Origin: an uncultured Solirubrobacterales bacterium
GTDB taxonomy: Bacteria; Actinomycetota; Thermoleophilia; Solirubrobacterales; Solirubrobacteraceae
Direction of reading: 5' to 3'
Assembly (NCBI GenBank): GCA_963826395.1
Contig: CAWGWP010000001.1
Coordinates: 441,768-505,767, forward strand
Length of the DNA: 64,000 nucleotides
Positions within the stretch are counted from its first letter, which is position 1. The number at the start of each line of letters is the position of its first letter. Below are positions 20,257 to 29,057 of this stretch, one piece after another. A program made the translations under genes and the position numbers. The notes beneath the pieces were generated by a model. The model had not been told where the DNA came from, did not search any database, and saw only the letters and a list, made by a program, of their open reading frames with translations.

Positions 20257-20301
20257 ACTCTTAATCCCAAGGTTGGAGGTTCGAGTCCTCCACGGCCCAC
20301 T
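20257..20301 (+). repeat. attR core (3' part of tRNA-Lys)
   Basis: Exact copy of 8818-8862; lacks tRNA 5' half. Confidence 0.95.
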
Positions 20302-20334
20302 AGGAAAGCCCAGGAGAGCTGGCTTTCCTGTTTT
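20302..20334 (+). terminator. Terminator-like hairpin after attR
   Basis: aggaaagcc...ggctttcct followed by gtttt. Confidence 0.65.
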
Positions 20335-20349
20335 GGGCGCGATTCAGGT

Positions 20350-20935
20350 AGTGCGGTGGCTTGAAGGCGGCGACGAGCTCGTCTCGCGAGTGGATGCCGA
20401 GCTTGTTGTAGATGTGCCGGAGGTGGTACTCCACGGTCTTCGGGCTGATGAAGACGGCGGCGGCCGCGTCTCGTGTTGTCTTCCCGTCGGCGAGCAGGCG
20501 CGCGATCTGGGCTTCTTGGGGAGTGAGCTCGTCGAGCGTGCTCGCGTCCCGGCGTCGCGCCGTCTCGCCCGTCGCTGCCAGCTCTGCGGCTGCCTGGTCG
20601 GCCCAGGGCTCCGCTCCGAGGCGCTCGAAGATCTCAAGCGCGGCGCGCAGCTGATCGCGTGCGCGCACGCGTTTACGCGTTCGGCGTAGACGGGCCCCAT
20701 AGGCCAATCGTGTGCGGGCGGTCTCGAACCCGTCGGGCGTGCGCTCGTGGAGTTGGATCGCTTCTTCGGAGTGCGATTCCAGCTCGCCGGACGCCGCGAG
20801 GAGACCGGGGCAGCGCGCAGCGCGGGCGCGCGCCCACGGCTGCCCTTCGCTTCGGCCTGCCTGACGAAATCGGCGGCGGTCGCAGCGGCGTCATCGTCGC
20901 GCCCGAGGCGGAGGTATGCGTCGACGAGCTCGTCG
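20350..20935 (-). pseudogene. C-terminal fragment of LuxR-family (LAL-type) regulator
   Basis: LTPQEAQIARL..G.TTRD.A...FISPKTVEYHL..IY.KLGI.SR; N-terminal ATPase region absent. Confidence 0.8.
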
Positions 20936-21168
20936 CTACGCACCGCCCGTTCGTCTCGCTTCCGCTCGCAAGCCACTTCGAGCAGCAGTTCCACGTCCGC
21001 CAGCGCATGCATCGCTACGGCGCACGAGAGCCGCTCGCCTACGAAGACTCGAGCGCGGAGACGCTCGCCGACGCGATCGTGGACGCGATCGACGCTCAGC
21101 CTTCCTACCGCCCGATCAACCCGCGCGGCGCCTCGAATGCCGCTGCGCTGATCGCCGAGCTTCTCTAG
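20922..21168 (+). pseudogene. C-terminal fragment of glycosyltransferase-like protein
   Basis: ELVATHRPFVSLPLASHFEQQFHV...GASNAAALIAELL*; no N-terminus. Confidence 0.6.
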
Positions 21169-21363
21169 CGGGAGCGACCTGCGAGCGGACGTAACTTGGT
21201 GCCTCCGCTACCGCGCGCTTTGCCGACCTGCCCGACAGCGTGATCCTTGTGATCGACTCCCGCAGTACGTATCGTCGCGCCGGCGCCCGCGCGGCGTTCC
21301 TTCCTGGAGGAGGGGCTATGGCGGGAGGACATGCTGAGCCAGGACAGAGGATCCGACTGATCG

Positions 21364-21843
21364 ATGGCCGATAAGGAGAGACCCGTCGCCACCTTTGCCC
21401 CGTCGATCCGGTCGATCAAGCTCTATCGAAGCGGACGCATCGAGTATCAAAAGAAGTCCGGCTCGGTCATCGGCGCAACCGCCCGGGTTGAGTCATCCGG
21501 AGACAAGCGCGGGCTCCGAGACACGCGCCGAGTCGTCCTGAGGATCGAGGGGCCGCGCGTCGCTATCGCAGCGGGGTTGCCACGCGCGGCATTCGACGTC
21601 CATCGGGAAGCGGAGGAATTCGCGGCAATCGTCAATGAAATGGCGACGCGGCTTACGGCGCCCACTCCGCATGCCGAGCCCAGTCCAGCTCCGACTGTCC
21701 CATCGTCGCGGAGTTCGCCGGCGACGGCGGACCTTCTCGACCACCTTGAACGCCTCGGCAGGCTCCGCGACTCGGGAGTGCTCACAGAGGACGAGTTCCA
21801 GGCACAGAAGGCGGCGCTACTACGGCAGACGGCGGAACCGTAA
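21364..21843 (+). CDS. SHOCT-domain protein
   Basis: C-terminal LERLGRLRDSGVLTEDEFQAQKAALL. Confidence 0.8.
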   Translation: MADKERPVATFAPSIRSIKLYRSGRIEYQKKSGSVIGATARVESSGDKRGLRDTRRVVLRIEGPRVAIAAGLPRAAFDVHREAEEFAAIVNEMATRLTAPTPHAEPSPAPTVPSSRSSPATADLLDHLERLGRLRDSGVLTEDEFQAQKAALLRQTAEP

Positions 21844-21904
21844 GGATGCCGACGCTTCCTCGCGGCCCGAAATGCGCGGAGCGCCCGGTCGGATTCCGCG
21901 GCCG

Positions 21905-22288
21905 TCAGGTGCTGCTGTAGGGCCGGAGCCCCGAGCAGAGCACGCGCATCCAGCTGATCCGGCCGTCACGCTCCGTGTAGTACGCCTGCTGCTCGACCAC
22001 GAACTGCCCGTCGGGGTTGCGGACTCGGAGCCGGTAGCCGACTCGCTGGCGGTCGGCAAACGAGTCGGTCTCGATAGCGAGGACCTGCTCGATCTCGTCC
22101 GAGTCCTCAAACCATCGACGCAGCACTCCGTCGACCACGCCGTTCGAGTCCGTTGCCTCCCACGCTCGGCCTGGCGTCAGGCCTCTGAAGTCGATCTGGG
22201 GGTCAAGCAGGGCCGCCAGCCGCTCGAAGTCCTTCGCGTTCAGCGTCTCGACAAACGCTCGTCCCAGGGACGAGTCCGTGTCCGGCAC
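21905..22288 (-). CDS. SnoaL/NTF2-like protein
   Basis: AFVETLNAKDFERLAALLDPQIDF...DGRISWMRVLCSG; GTG start inferred. Confidence 0.7.
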   Translation of the reverse strand: MPDTDSSLGRAFVETLNAKDFERLAALLDPQIDFRGLTPGRAWEATDSNGVVDGVLRRWFEDSDEIEQVLAIETDSFADRQRVGYRLRVRNPDGQFVVEQQAYYTERDGRISWMRVLCSGLRPYSST

Positions 22289-22307
22289 GCGAGCGCGCGC
22301 GGTGTCG

Positions 22308-22673
22308 TCAGTAGCTGAAGATGAGGGCATCATCGTCTCCGATCCATTCGAGCATGGGTGTTGCGCCGGCGGCGGTCGCGTTGGCAAGCATCGCGTTCTC
22401 GTCGAGCTTGCGGGCGTTCCAGCAGATCGGGCAAACCAGCAGTTGCCCACCGCCCTCGGTGTACTGCTCGAACAGCCGCGACAGCGGCGGGCACCCATCG
22501 CAGGCGACCGCTTCGGCGTGACCGGGCAACGCAAGGCGAACCGCTTCCTTGGTCAGCCACATCGCAACTGTTTCGCCTCGACCAAGAGCGGCGCCGCCCA
22601 CCAAGAACGCGACCGTCACCCGCTCAGGATCCTCCAGCCCGGTAGCCAGATTGATCAGCACCTTACGCGCCAT
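22308..22673 (-). CDS. DsrE/DsrF-like protein
   Basis: VAMWLTKEAVRL, CDGC, LLVCPICW; GGAG RBS. Confidence 0.8.
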   Translation of the reverse strand: MARKVLINLATGLEDPERVTVAFLVGGAALGRGETVAMWLTKEAVRLALPGHAEAVACDGCPPLSRLFEQYTEGGGQLLVCPICWNARKLDENAMLANATAAGATPMLEWIGDDDALIFSY

Positions 22674-22829
22674 GCGGCGTACTTCTCCACTCCGTCGTTA
22701 GCCATGACCGAACTCGCCAAGCATCGCCGCCGCGCCAACGCGCTGCAACCCCCAAAATACGGGGGCTCCACCATCATCCGGATCGGACGTCGAACGCGGC
22801 GCGAGCCCGTCCCGCTTCGGTTGCACGGG

Positions 22830-23852
22830 CTACCGGCTCGGGAGCGATCGTGGTAGCCCGAACGATGGGAGCACGGTGTTCTCGAACCGCGTCATGGCGC
22901 AGATCCGGTCACCGGAAAGCGTGAGCACGAAGAGGCCGACCCCGTGTCCGGTGCCGTCAGGCGCGCGCAGGTAGGCCCCGAACGCCGGCTGACCGTTGGC
23001 TCGCGTCGGCACGAGGTCGAACCACCGGCCAGAGCCAAAGATGCCGGCGCAGAAGCGGGCCACGACGCCTCGGCCCTCGTATTCGAAGGGCATCGGTGGC
23101 ATCGAAATAAAGACGTCGTCGGTCAGGAGGGCCACCAGCGCGTCGAGATCGGCGGACTCGTACGCGGTGACGAACTTGGCCACGATCGCATCCTCAGAGG
23201 GTGAGCCGGAGGCGGGCGGTGGCTGGCGGCCGGCGGCCGACGGCCGTCGGCGCTGCAGGCTGGCGCGTGCCCGCTTGAGGGCGCTGTTGACCGATTCGAC
23301 GGTCGAGTCCAGCATGGCGGCCACCTCGCTCGCGTGGAATCCGAGGACGTCGCGCAAGATGACGACGGCGAGCTGGCGAGGCGGGAGGAGCTGAAGGGCA
23401 GTCACGAAGGCCAGGGAGATGGATTCGGTCTGCTCGTAGCGGGCCTCCGGGCCGAGCGGTCCGTCGATCGCACCCTCGAGAAGCGAATCCGGATATGGCT
23501 CTAGCCAGACGACTTCGCCGAGCCGGGTCGGCTCGGGCGGTTCAACCTTGGGCACGTCCCACTCCTTGGCTGGGCGTCGCCTGGCTGAGCGACGCGCGTT
23601 TAGGCAGCGGTTGGTGGCGATGCGGTAGAGCCACGTACGAAGCGACGCGCGTCCTTCGAACCCTCCAAGACTTTGCCAGGCGGAGAGCAGGGTGTCCTGG
23701 AGAGCGTCCTCGGCATCCTGGAAGGATCCGAGCATCCGGTAGCAGTGCAGCTGTAGTTCTCGGTGGTACGGCTCGGTCAGTTCTTGAAACGCGCTGCCGT
23801 CCCCGCTCCGTGCCCTTGAAATCAGGTCTGCTGTCACTGCGGTCACGGTCAC
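22830..23852 (-). CDS. ECF sigma factor with C-terminal SnoaL-like extension (SigG-like)
   Basis: HCYRMLGSFQDAED, WLYRIATN, WLEPYPD, VNSALKRAR, SMPP, RANGQPA. Confidence 0.92.
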   Translation of the reverse strand: MTVTAVTADLISRARSGDGSAFQELTEPYHRELQLHCYRMLGSFQDAEDALQDTLLSAWQSLGGFEGRASLRTWLYRIATNRCLNARRSARRRPAKEWDVPKVEPPEPTRLGEVVWLEPYPDSLLEGAIDGPLGPEARYEQTESISLAFVTALQLLPPRQLAVVILRDVLGFHASEVAAMLDSTVESVNSALKRARASLQRRRPSAAGRQPPPASGSPSEDAIVAKFVTAYESADLDALVALLTDDVFISMPPMPFEYEGRGVVARFCAGIFGSGRWFDLVPTRANGQPAFGAYLRAPDGTGHGVGLFVLTLSGDRICAMTRFENTVLPSFGLPRSLPSR

Positions 23853-23894
23853 CTCGCCTTCCTCGTGCACATTGTCGTAGTTCCACCCTGTAAC

Positions 23895-23957
23895 GACACC
23901 GGCCGAGACACAAACTGGGCGGTTGATGGACGCCTAGTTTCCGAGTGTCGCGGCGTC
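23895..23957. promoter_or_regulatory. Back-to-back twin ECF promoters CCyAGTTT-N10-CGGyGTC
   Basis: Minus copy 23919-23895 and plus copy 23933-23957 with identical spacing. Confidence 0.6.
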
Positions 23958-23999
23958 TGCATGTCGACAGCTCTGACGACCAAGAGAAAGGAAGCAGCG

Positions 24000-24178
24000 A
24001 TGTTGCTGAAGGACAAGTTTGCGGTGATCTACGGGGCGGGTGGTGCGATCGGCGGTGCCGTCGCACGCGCCTTTGCGAGCGAAGGGGCCAAGGTTTTTCC
24101 CCACCGGGCGCCTCCGACAAGGCGAGCGGGATGACGGGAACCACCGTCAACCTGACCATGGGCAGCCTGGACGACTAG
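24000..24178 (+). pseudogene. SDR oxidoreductase with large internal deletion
   Basis: N-terminus MLLKDKFAVIYGAGGAIGG joined to C-terminus ASDKASGMTGTTVNLTMG. Confidence 0.85.
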
Positions 24179-24229
24179 CACTCCGACGTGCGCTGAGATC
24201 CGGCGACAGCCTCGGTTCAGCGTCCGTTC

Positions 24230-24460
24230 CTACGCGGCGAGCGACTGCGTCCTAGCCCGGTTGCGCGCGACCCGCCTGACGCTCGCCTGGCGCCCCTCGG
24301 GCGATGCAATCAAGGACGGCTGTGTCTGCTGCAACGCGATCGCAATGCTCCACCTACGGCTAAGGATCGCGCCGGCGATCGCGACGGGATCCGCGCGGTA
24401 CTGGCCGCTCGTAACGCGCTTCTTTAGCTCCTGCAGCTTGATGGCGCGATCATCGTGCAT
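24230..24460 (-). CDS. FlgM C-terminal-like small protein, copy 1
   Basis: R..KLQELKKRVTSGQYRADPVAIAGAIL matches FlgM sigma28-binding pattern; AGGAG RBS. Confidence 0.7.
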   Translation of the reverse strand: MHDDRAIKLQELKKRVTSGQYRADPVAIAGAILSRRWSIAIALQQTQPSLIASPEGRQASVRRVARNRARTQSLAA

Positions 24461-24475
24461 AAGCGTTCATCTCCT

Positions 24476-24503
24476 GCATCGGCGCTGCGCGCGCGGCTCT
24501 GGA
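24476..24503 (-). promoter_or_regulatory. sigma28-type promoter TCCAG-N15-GCCGATGC
   Basis: Boxes and spacing conserved before all three FlgM-like genes. Confidence 0.6.
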
Positions 24504-24565
24504 TCCGGTCGTGACCCCAGATCGATGGCGGGATAGACGGGCTCCGGCCGATGCCGAGGAAGTCG

Positions 24566-24802
24566 TCATCGCCCATTGTGTGAGCCGCTTTGCGTCGCGG
24601 TCTCGTTGCGCGCGACGTCGGGCGTAAGTGTGTAGGTCTCACTGGCCCCGCAGCGCGAGCACGTGTAGTCGATCGAGGGGATCGCGCGCGGGGGACCGCT
24701 CGGAGGGTCATGCTGCTCGTGTGCGGTGCTGGGGACAAGGTGATACGTGGTGAGAGCACCGCAGCGACTGCAGGTGTAATCGATTGACGGAACCGGGCTC
24801 AT
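24566..24802 (-). CDS. Small protein with two PSIDYTCSRCGA repeats
   Basis: AAGGAG RBS; exact 12-aa duplication with CxxC. Confidence 0.7.
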   Translation of the reverse strand: MSPVPSIDYTCSRCGALTTYHLVPSTAHEQHDPPSGPPRAIPSIDYTCSRCGASETYTLTPDVARNETATQSGSHNGR

Positions 24803-25074
24803 CCTGATCCTCTCCTTGTGTTAATGATTGGCGATGTCTGTTTGGCGAGCGGCCAACTTGGCATTTCCGGGCAGGTGCCAACCGGGCCGTTCGTCGACGT
24901 GGGTCTTCAAGCTGCGTTCGTGCCTAGTAGACCCGCCGCGGGCTGACAACGGTTCAGCTCGTTCATGGCCAAGCTTCTGTGGCTCCTTCAGCACTAAGCG
25001 CCGGCCGGGCTGCGAGACCCGTGCAGTGCGAGGTGTCCTGACCGATCTACGGTTTCGGAGATAATGCGCCCGGC

Positions 25075-25839
25075 ATGGATTACGGTCTACGCGGCAGAGT
25101 GGCGCTAGTCACCGGGGCCGCCTCGGGCATCGGCCAGGCGACGGCGCAGCTACTCGCCGGCATGGGCGCGCGCGTCGTGGCGTCCGACATCGATGCCGAT
25201 CGCGGTGTCGCCACGGTCACCGCGCTCAGCGACGCCGGGCATGACGCGGTCTTCGTCGCGGCAGACGTCACCGACGATGAGGCCGTTGCCGCGCTCGTGG
25301 CCAGCGCGACCGACACATATGGGCGACTCGACTGCGCGGCCAATTGCGCCGGTGTCGGCGGCGGGCATGCGACAACCCATGAGTACCCCGACGATCGCTG
25401 GGACGAGATCATGGCGATCAACCTGAGGGGCACCTGGCTGGCGATGCGGCGGGAGATCGAAGCGATGCTCGAGCAGGGGGATGGCGGCACGATTGTCAAC
25501 GTCTCTTCGACGCTCGGCGTACGCGGCTCGCCGTTCGCCTCGCCCTACAGCGCCAGCAAGCACGGAGTACTCGGGCTCACACGCACCGCGGCGATTGAGT
25601 ACGCACCGGCTGGCATCCGTGTCAACGCCGTCTGCCCAGGCGCAATCGACACGCCGATAATGGACGAGACGTTCGAGCGCTTCCCCGGATTTCGCGAGAG
25701 CCTGATCGGATTCGTGCCGATGGGTCGCTTGGGCCGCCCCGCCGAGGTCGCCAGCGCGATCGCGTGGCTGAGCTCTGACGCCGCGTCGTTCGTGACGGGT
25801 GAATCGCTCGCCATCGAAGGCGGCCTGCTCGCCCGCTGA
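25075..25839 (+). CDS. SDR family oxidoreductase
   Basis: TGAASGIG, NCAG, YSASK, NAVCPG. Confidence 0.95.
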   Translation: MDYGLRGRVALVTGAASGIGQATAQLLAGMGARVVASDIDADRGVATVTALSDAGHDAVFVAADVTDDEAVAALVASATDTYGRLDCAANCAGVGGGHATTHEYPDDRWDEIMAINLRGTWLAMRREIEAMLEQGDGGTIVNVSSTLGVRGSPFASPYSASKHGVLGLTRTAAIEYAPAGIRVNAVCPGAIDTPIMDETFERFPGFRESLIGFVPMGRLGRPAEVASAIAWLSSDAASFVTGESLAIEGGLLAR

Positions 25840-25899
25840 CCAGCCCGCCAGGGCCGCCATGTGAAGGGCAGTTTCGCGGCTAGAGGGCAAGCTCGAGTC

Positions 25900-26085
25900 C
25901 TCGGTTCACGAGTGGTGAACAAGCCGGTGGCTCCGCCGTAGAGGCCGGTCCCGCTCGTGAGCTTTCCTTTGCCGGTGAACGAGAAGGCGCTATTCGGGTT
26001 CGCGGTGCTCGTCCCGTTGAAGGTGCCAGTGAACGAGCCCGGCGGCCCGAAGTTCGTGAACGCGACATTTAGCCTGCCGTTCCAA
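25900..26085 (-). pseudogene. Fragment of beta-rich secreted-type protein
   Basis: Reads GSFTGTFNGTSTANPNSAFSFTGKGKLTSGTGLYGGATG without start or proper end. Confidence 0.45.
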
Positions 26086-26176
26086 AATGACGCCCGGATC
26101 AGTGGCCCCGCCGGGGCACGACCAGGCGTCTACAGAACTCCCGCTGGAGCGCGTCGTCAGGGCGCGTCGTCAGCTG

Positions 26177-26413
26177 CTAGGCCGCGAGGTCTTGCGCGCC
26201 GACGAGTGCGCGGGAGCGAGCAACGCGTCTGACGCGTGCGCGGGGCCGGTCCGCCGCTGCGATCGAGGACACCGGCTCCGGCGGCAACGCGATGGCGACG
26301 CTCCACCTGCGGCGCACGATCGCGTCGGCCACCGCGTGTGGATCGACGCGGTATTCGCCGCTGGTGACCCGCTTCCTCAGCTCTTCCAGCTTGATGTCGC
26401 GATGATCGTGCAT
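26177..26413 (-). CDS. FlgM C-terminal-like small protein, copy 2
   Basis: RDIKLEELRKRVTSGEYRVDPHAVADAIV. Confidence 0.7.
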   Translation of the reverse strand: MHDHRDIKLEELRKRVTSGEYRVDPHAVADAIVRRRWSVAIALPPEPVSSIAAADRPRARVRRVARSRALVGAQDLAA

Positions 26414-26477
26414 GAGTGCTCACCCCCTGCATCGGCGCTGCGTGGGCCGCTCTGGATCGGGTCATGACCCCAAATCG
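26181..26477 (+). repeat. 297-bp direct repeat copy A
   Basis: Matches 26937-27233 with about 3 substitutions by eye. Confidence 0.95.
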
Positions 26478-26567
26478 CCGGCACTGATCGAGCAGTCGCT
26501 CGGGGCAGAGCAGAGGGACCCTCGGGACGGGGAAGTGGGCTATACGCCGGCACGTCCTCGCTCTACG

Positions 26568-26867
26568 ATGCATGCGTTGAGTCTTCTGGCCTATCTGATC
26601 ATCCTGTTCTTTGTAGGCCTATTCATCGGCGCCTTGGCACGGCTGCTACTGCCCGGACCGGACCCGATGGGGATTGGTCTGACGGCGCTGGTCGGACTGT
26701 GCGGGACCTTCAGTGCCGGGCTGTTCTCGTGGTACGTCCTGCATCGCCACGGCGCGGGCCTCGTGCTCTCGGTTGTCTTCTCGATGCTGCTCGTGTGGCT
26801 CTTCCGCCGCCTGCGTGCAGCCGGATCCGGTCGGAGGACACTTGGAGCCCGGCGAGGGCCCCCCTAG
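26568..26867 (+). CDS. GlsB/YeaQ/YmgE (transglycosylase-associated) stress membrane protein
   Basis: GLFIGALARLLLPGPDPMG...G..G pattern, 3 TM. Confidence 0.85.
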   Translation: MHALSLLAYLIILFFVGLFIGALARLLLPGPDPMGIGLTALVGLCGTFSAGLFSWYVLHRHGAGLVLSVVFSMLLVWLFRRLRAAGSGRRTLGARRGPP

Positions 26868-26932
26868 CCGGCGCAGGTCGGGGCGCGGACGGCCAGCGGC
26901 GCCGGAGCGCGGCGCCGACCGAGTTCTGGCTG

Positions 26933-27169
26933 TTACGCCGCGAGGTCTTGCGCGCCGACGAGTGCGCGGGAGCGAGCAACGCGTCTGACGCGTGCGCGGG
27001 GCCGGTCCGCCGCTGCGATCGAGGACACCGGCTCCGGCGGCAACGCGATGGCGACGCTCCACCTGCGGCGCACGACCCCGTCGGCCACCGCGTGTGGATC
27101 GACGCGGTATTCGCCGCTGGTGACCCGCTTCCTCAGCTCTTCCAGCTTGATGTCGCGATGATCGTGCAT
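26933..27169 (-). CDS. FlgM C-terminal-like small protein, copy 3
   Basis: Differs from copy 2 only at AI->GV. Confidence 0.7.
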   Translation of the reverse strand: MHDHRDIKLEELRKRVTSGEYRVDPHAVADGVVRRRWSVAIALPPEPVSSIAAADRPRARVRRVARSRALVGAQDLAA

Positions 27170-27233
27170 GAGTGCTCACCCCCTGCATCGGCGCTGCGCG
27201 GGCCGCTCTGGATCGGGTCATGACCCCAAATCG
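26937..27233 (+). repeat. 297-bp direct repeat copy B
   Basis: See copy A; offset 756 bp. Confidence 0.95.
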
Positions 27234-27840
27234 AAGTCCGCAATCCGACCCCGGGTACGGTGAGCGGATCCGCGAGCTGCAGTTTCCCTACCGGCCGCTT
27301 GCCGACGACGTGGTACTTCTGCGTGCCTGGGTCTGGGAGGACGTACCCGACAAGGTGATGGCGTTCGCGGACCCCAGCGTGCAGCGCTTTTCGTGGCCGC
27401 ACACGACGGCGTATACGGAGGCGAACGCTCGGAGCTTCTTTCGCTCACAGGACGAGGCACGGGTCCGCGGTGAGGAGCTGAACTTCGCCTTCGTCGAGCC
27501 GCACGAAACGGCCGTCGTCCTCGGGGGCGGGTCCGTCTACGGCATCGATCTTGATGAGGCCCGTGCTGCGGTCGGCTTCTGGCTCGCGCCGGCGGCACGC
27601 GGCCGTGGGGTTGCGACCCACGCCACGTGCCTCATGGCCGCGTGGGCGTTCGACGCATTAGGCCTCGTCCGACTCGAGCTGACCTGCGCACCGGACAACG
27701 AGGCATCCCAACGGGTGGCGCTGCGCTGCGGGTTCGTTCGGGAGGGGGTGCTGCGGTCCCACATGCGTTTCAAGGGAGGGCGTCGCGACACGGTGGTGTT
27801 CAGCCTCTTGCCGGAGGAGCTCCGTGAGGCGACCGCCTGA
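27220..27840 (+). CDS. RimJ/RimL-type GNAT acetyltransferase
   Basis: VGFWLAPAARGRGVAT, NEASQRVA.RCGF.REGVLR; start uncertain. Confidence 0.9.
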   Translation: MTPNRSPQSDPGYGERIRELQFPYRPLADDVVLLRAWVWEDVPDKVMAFADPSVQRFSWPHTTAYTEANARSFFRSQDEARVRGEELNFAFVEPHETAVVLGGGSVYGIDLDEARAAVGFWLAPAARGRGVATHATCLMAAWAFDALGLVRLELTCAPDNEASQRVALRCGFVREGVLRSHMRFKGGRRDTVVFSLLPEELREATA

Positions 27841-27875
27841 CGGTCACCCCTTGAGACCGGCGCTAACGTGAGTAG

Positions 27876-28223
27876 ATGCCCGTCAAGGTGGTCTTCACGT
27901 GTGAGATCTGCGGGGTTCGCCCGGGCCCGGAGACCCAGACGGCACTCGAACGCCAGCTCCTGGACCTGCGTCACGGCGAGTACGTCGATGCCGAGCCGGA
28001 GGGGTGGCTGACCTGGCACGGTCGCGGCACCTACGGCCCCCACCGTTACGCGTGCGGCGAGCACCGGGGTGAGCTCAAGGCGCTGATTCGAAGGCACTAT
28101 GGGACGCTCGGCTGGCATCCCTGGGCAAAGGGACCGCACCCGTGGGCCGGCCGTCGTGGCACCGACCGCGCGCGGCGTCTGGCGCGATCGATGCGGTCGA
28201 CGTTCGGTGGCCGCGGCATCTAA
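27876..28223 (+). CDS. Hypothetical Zn-binding protein
   Basis: CEIC and CGEH motifs; coherent codon usage. Confidence 0.65.
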   Translation: MPVKVVFTCEICGVRPGPETQTALERQLLDLRHGEYVDAEPEGWLTWHGRGTYGPHRYACGEHRGELKALIRRHYGTLGWHPWAKGPHPWAGRRGTDRARRLARSMRSTFGGRGI

Positions 28224-28248
28224 CGGGCGGCACCGGCCGCGTTGACCT

Positions 28249-28737
28249 TCACGGCAGAGCCCGCGCCCAGCTCATCAGGAAGGTCCCGGGAGCCGGATCC
28301 GCGGACGACTCGGCCTGACCACGGGAGGGAAACCGCCGGGCCGCCATCTCATCACGGTCTCGACCGACTGCCCCGGCGCTCAGCGTGAACCACACGGTCT
28401 TGCCGCTGTCCGGTTGCTGCTCCACGCCCCACCGCTCGGAGAGCATCTCGACGATCTGAAGGCCTCGGCCGGTCGGCTCGTCCGGGCTGGGGAAGCGCAT
28501 CGTCGGCGTGCCGCCGCCCTGGTCGGTGATCGCGACACGGATCTCGCCCGCGCGCTGCTCGACCACGAGATTGAAGCTCGTCTGCCCGTGGCGAATGCCG
28601 TTGGTCGCGAGCTCCGAGACCATCAGCTCAACTGACTGCCTGACGTCGAGTGGCACCTCGCTCAGCGCGTCGGTCGCAAACCGCCGCGCCGCCGGAACCG
28701 ACAGGGGATCGGCCGGAAAGGTGCGCTCGGCCCTCAC
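28249..28737 (-). CDS. RsbW-like anti-sigma/HATPase protein
   Basis: SVPAARRF, LMVSELATN, D.GGG, GRGLQIV, GKTVWF. Confidence 0.9.
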   Translation of the reverse strand: MRAERTFPADPLSVPAARRFATDALSEVPLDVRQSVELMVSELATNGIRHGQTSFNLVVEQRAGEIRVAITDQGGGTPTMRFPSPDEPTGRGLQIVEMLSERWGVEQQPDSGKTVWFTLSAGAVGRDRDEMAARRFPSRGQAESSADPAPGTFLMSWARALP

Positions 28738-29057
28738 GGCGTCACCGCCAGTTTCTCGCCGAGTCCCATCGCCGTCACGACACGTCGCAGGAGCGGACTC
28801 GGATTACGGAGCTCGAAATCGTCCACGATCGTCGCCCAGCGCACCCACAGCGCGATCGCGGAGCTGTCGGCGAACCGCAGGCCGGCGGCATCCACGGTCA
28901 GCTTCGGGGGGTGCTGGGCCAGTACAGGGGCGACTCGCGCCTCGAGCGCGTCGATACCGCTGATGTCGAGGTCGCCCCCGATCCGGACGAGCGCATTTCC
29001 AGCCGCGTCTGTCGCCACTTCGACCTGCGGGTTGGTCTCGGCTTCTAGCTCTTCCAT
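28734..29057 (-). CDS. STAS anti-anti-sigma factor
   Basis: GDLD, LRFADSSAI. Confidence 0.88.
   Translation of the reverse strand: MEELEAETNPQVEVATDAAGNALVRIGGDLDISGIDALEARVAPVLAQHPPKLTVDAAGLRFADSSAIALWVRWATIVDDFELRNPSPLLRRVVTAMGLGEKLAVTP

Larger units (their letters stand above)
8818..20301. mobile_element. Integrative genomic island in tRNA-Lys 3' half
   Basis: 45-bp exact direct repeat at both ends, integrase next to tRNA, cargo with IS110 and TA pair. Confidence 0.92.

Noticed and set aside
20257-20301. Second tRNA-Lys gene
   Set aside because: Only the 3' part is present (no acceptor 5' strand or D-arm); it is attR
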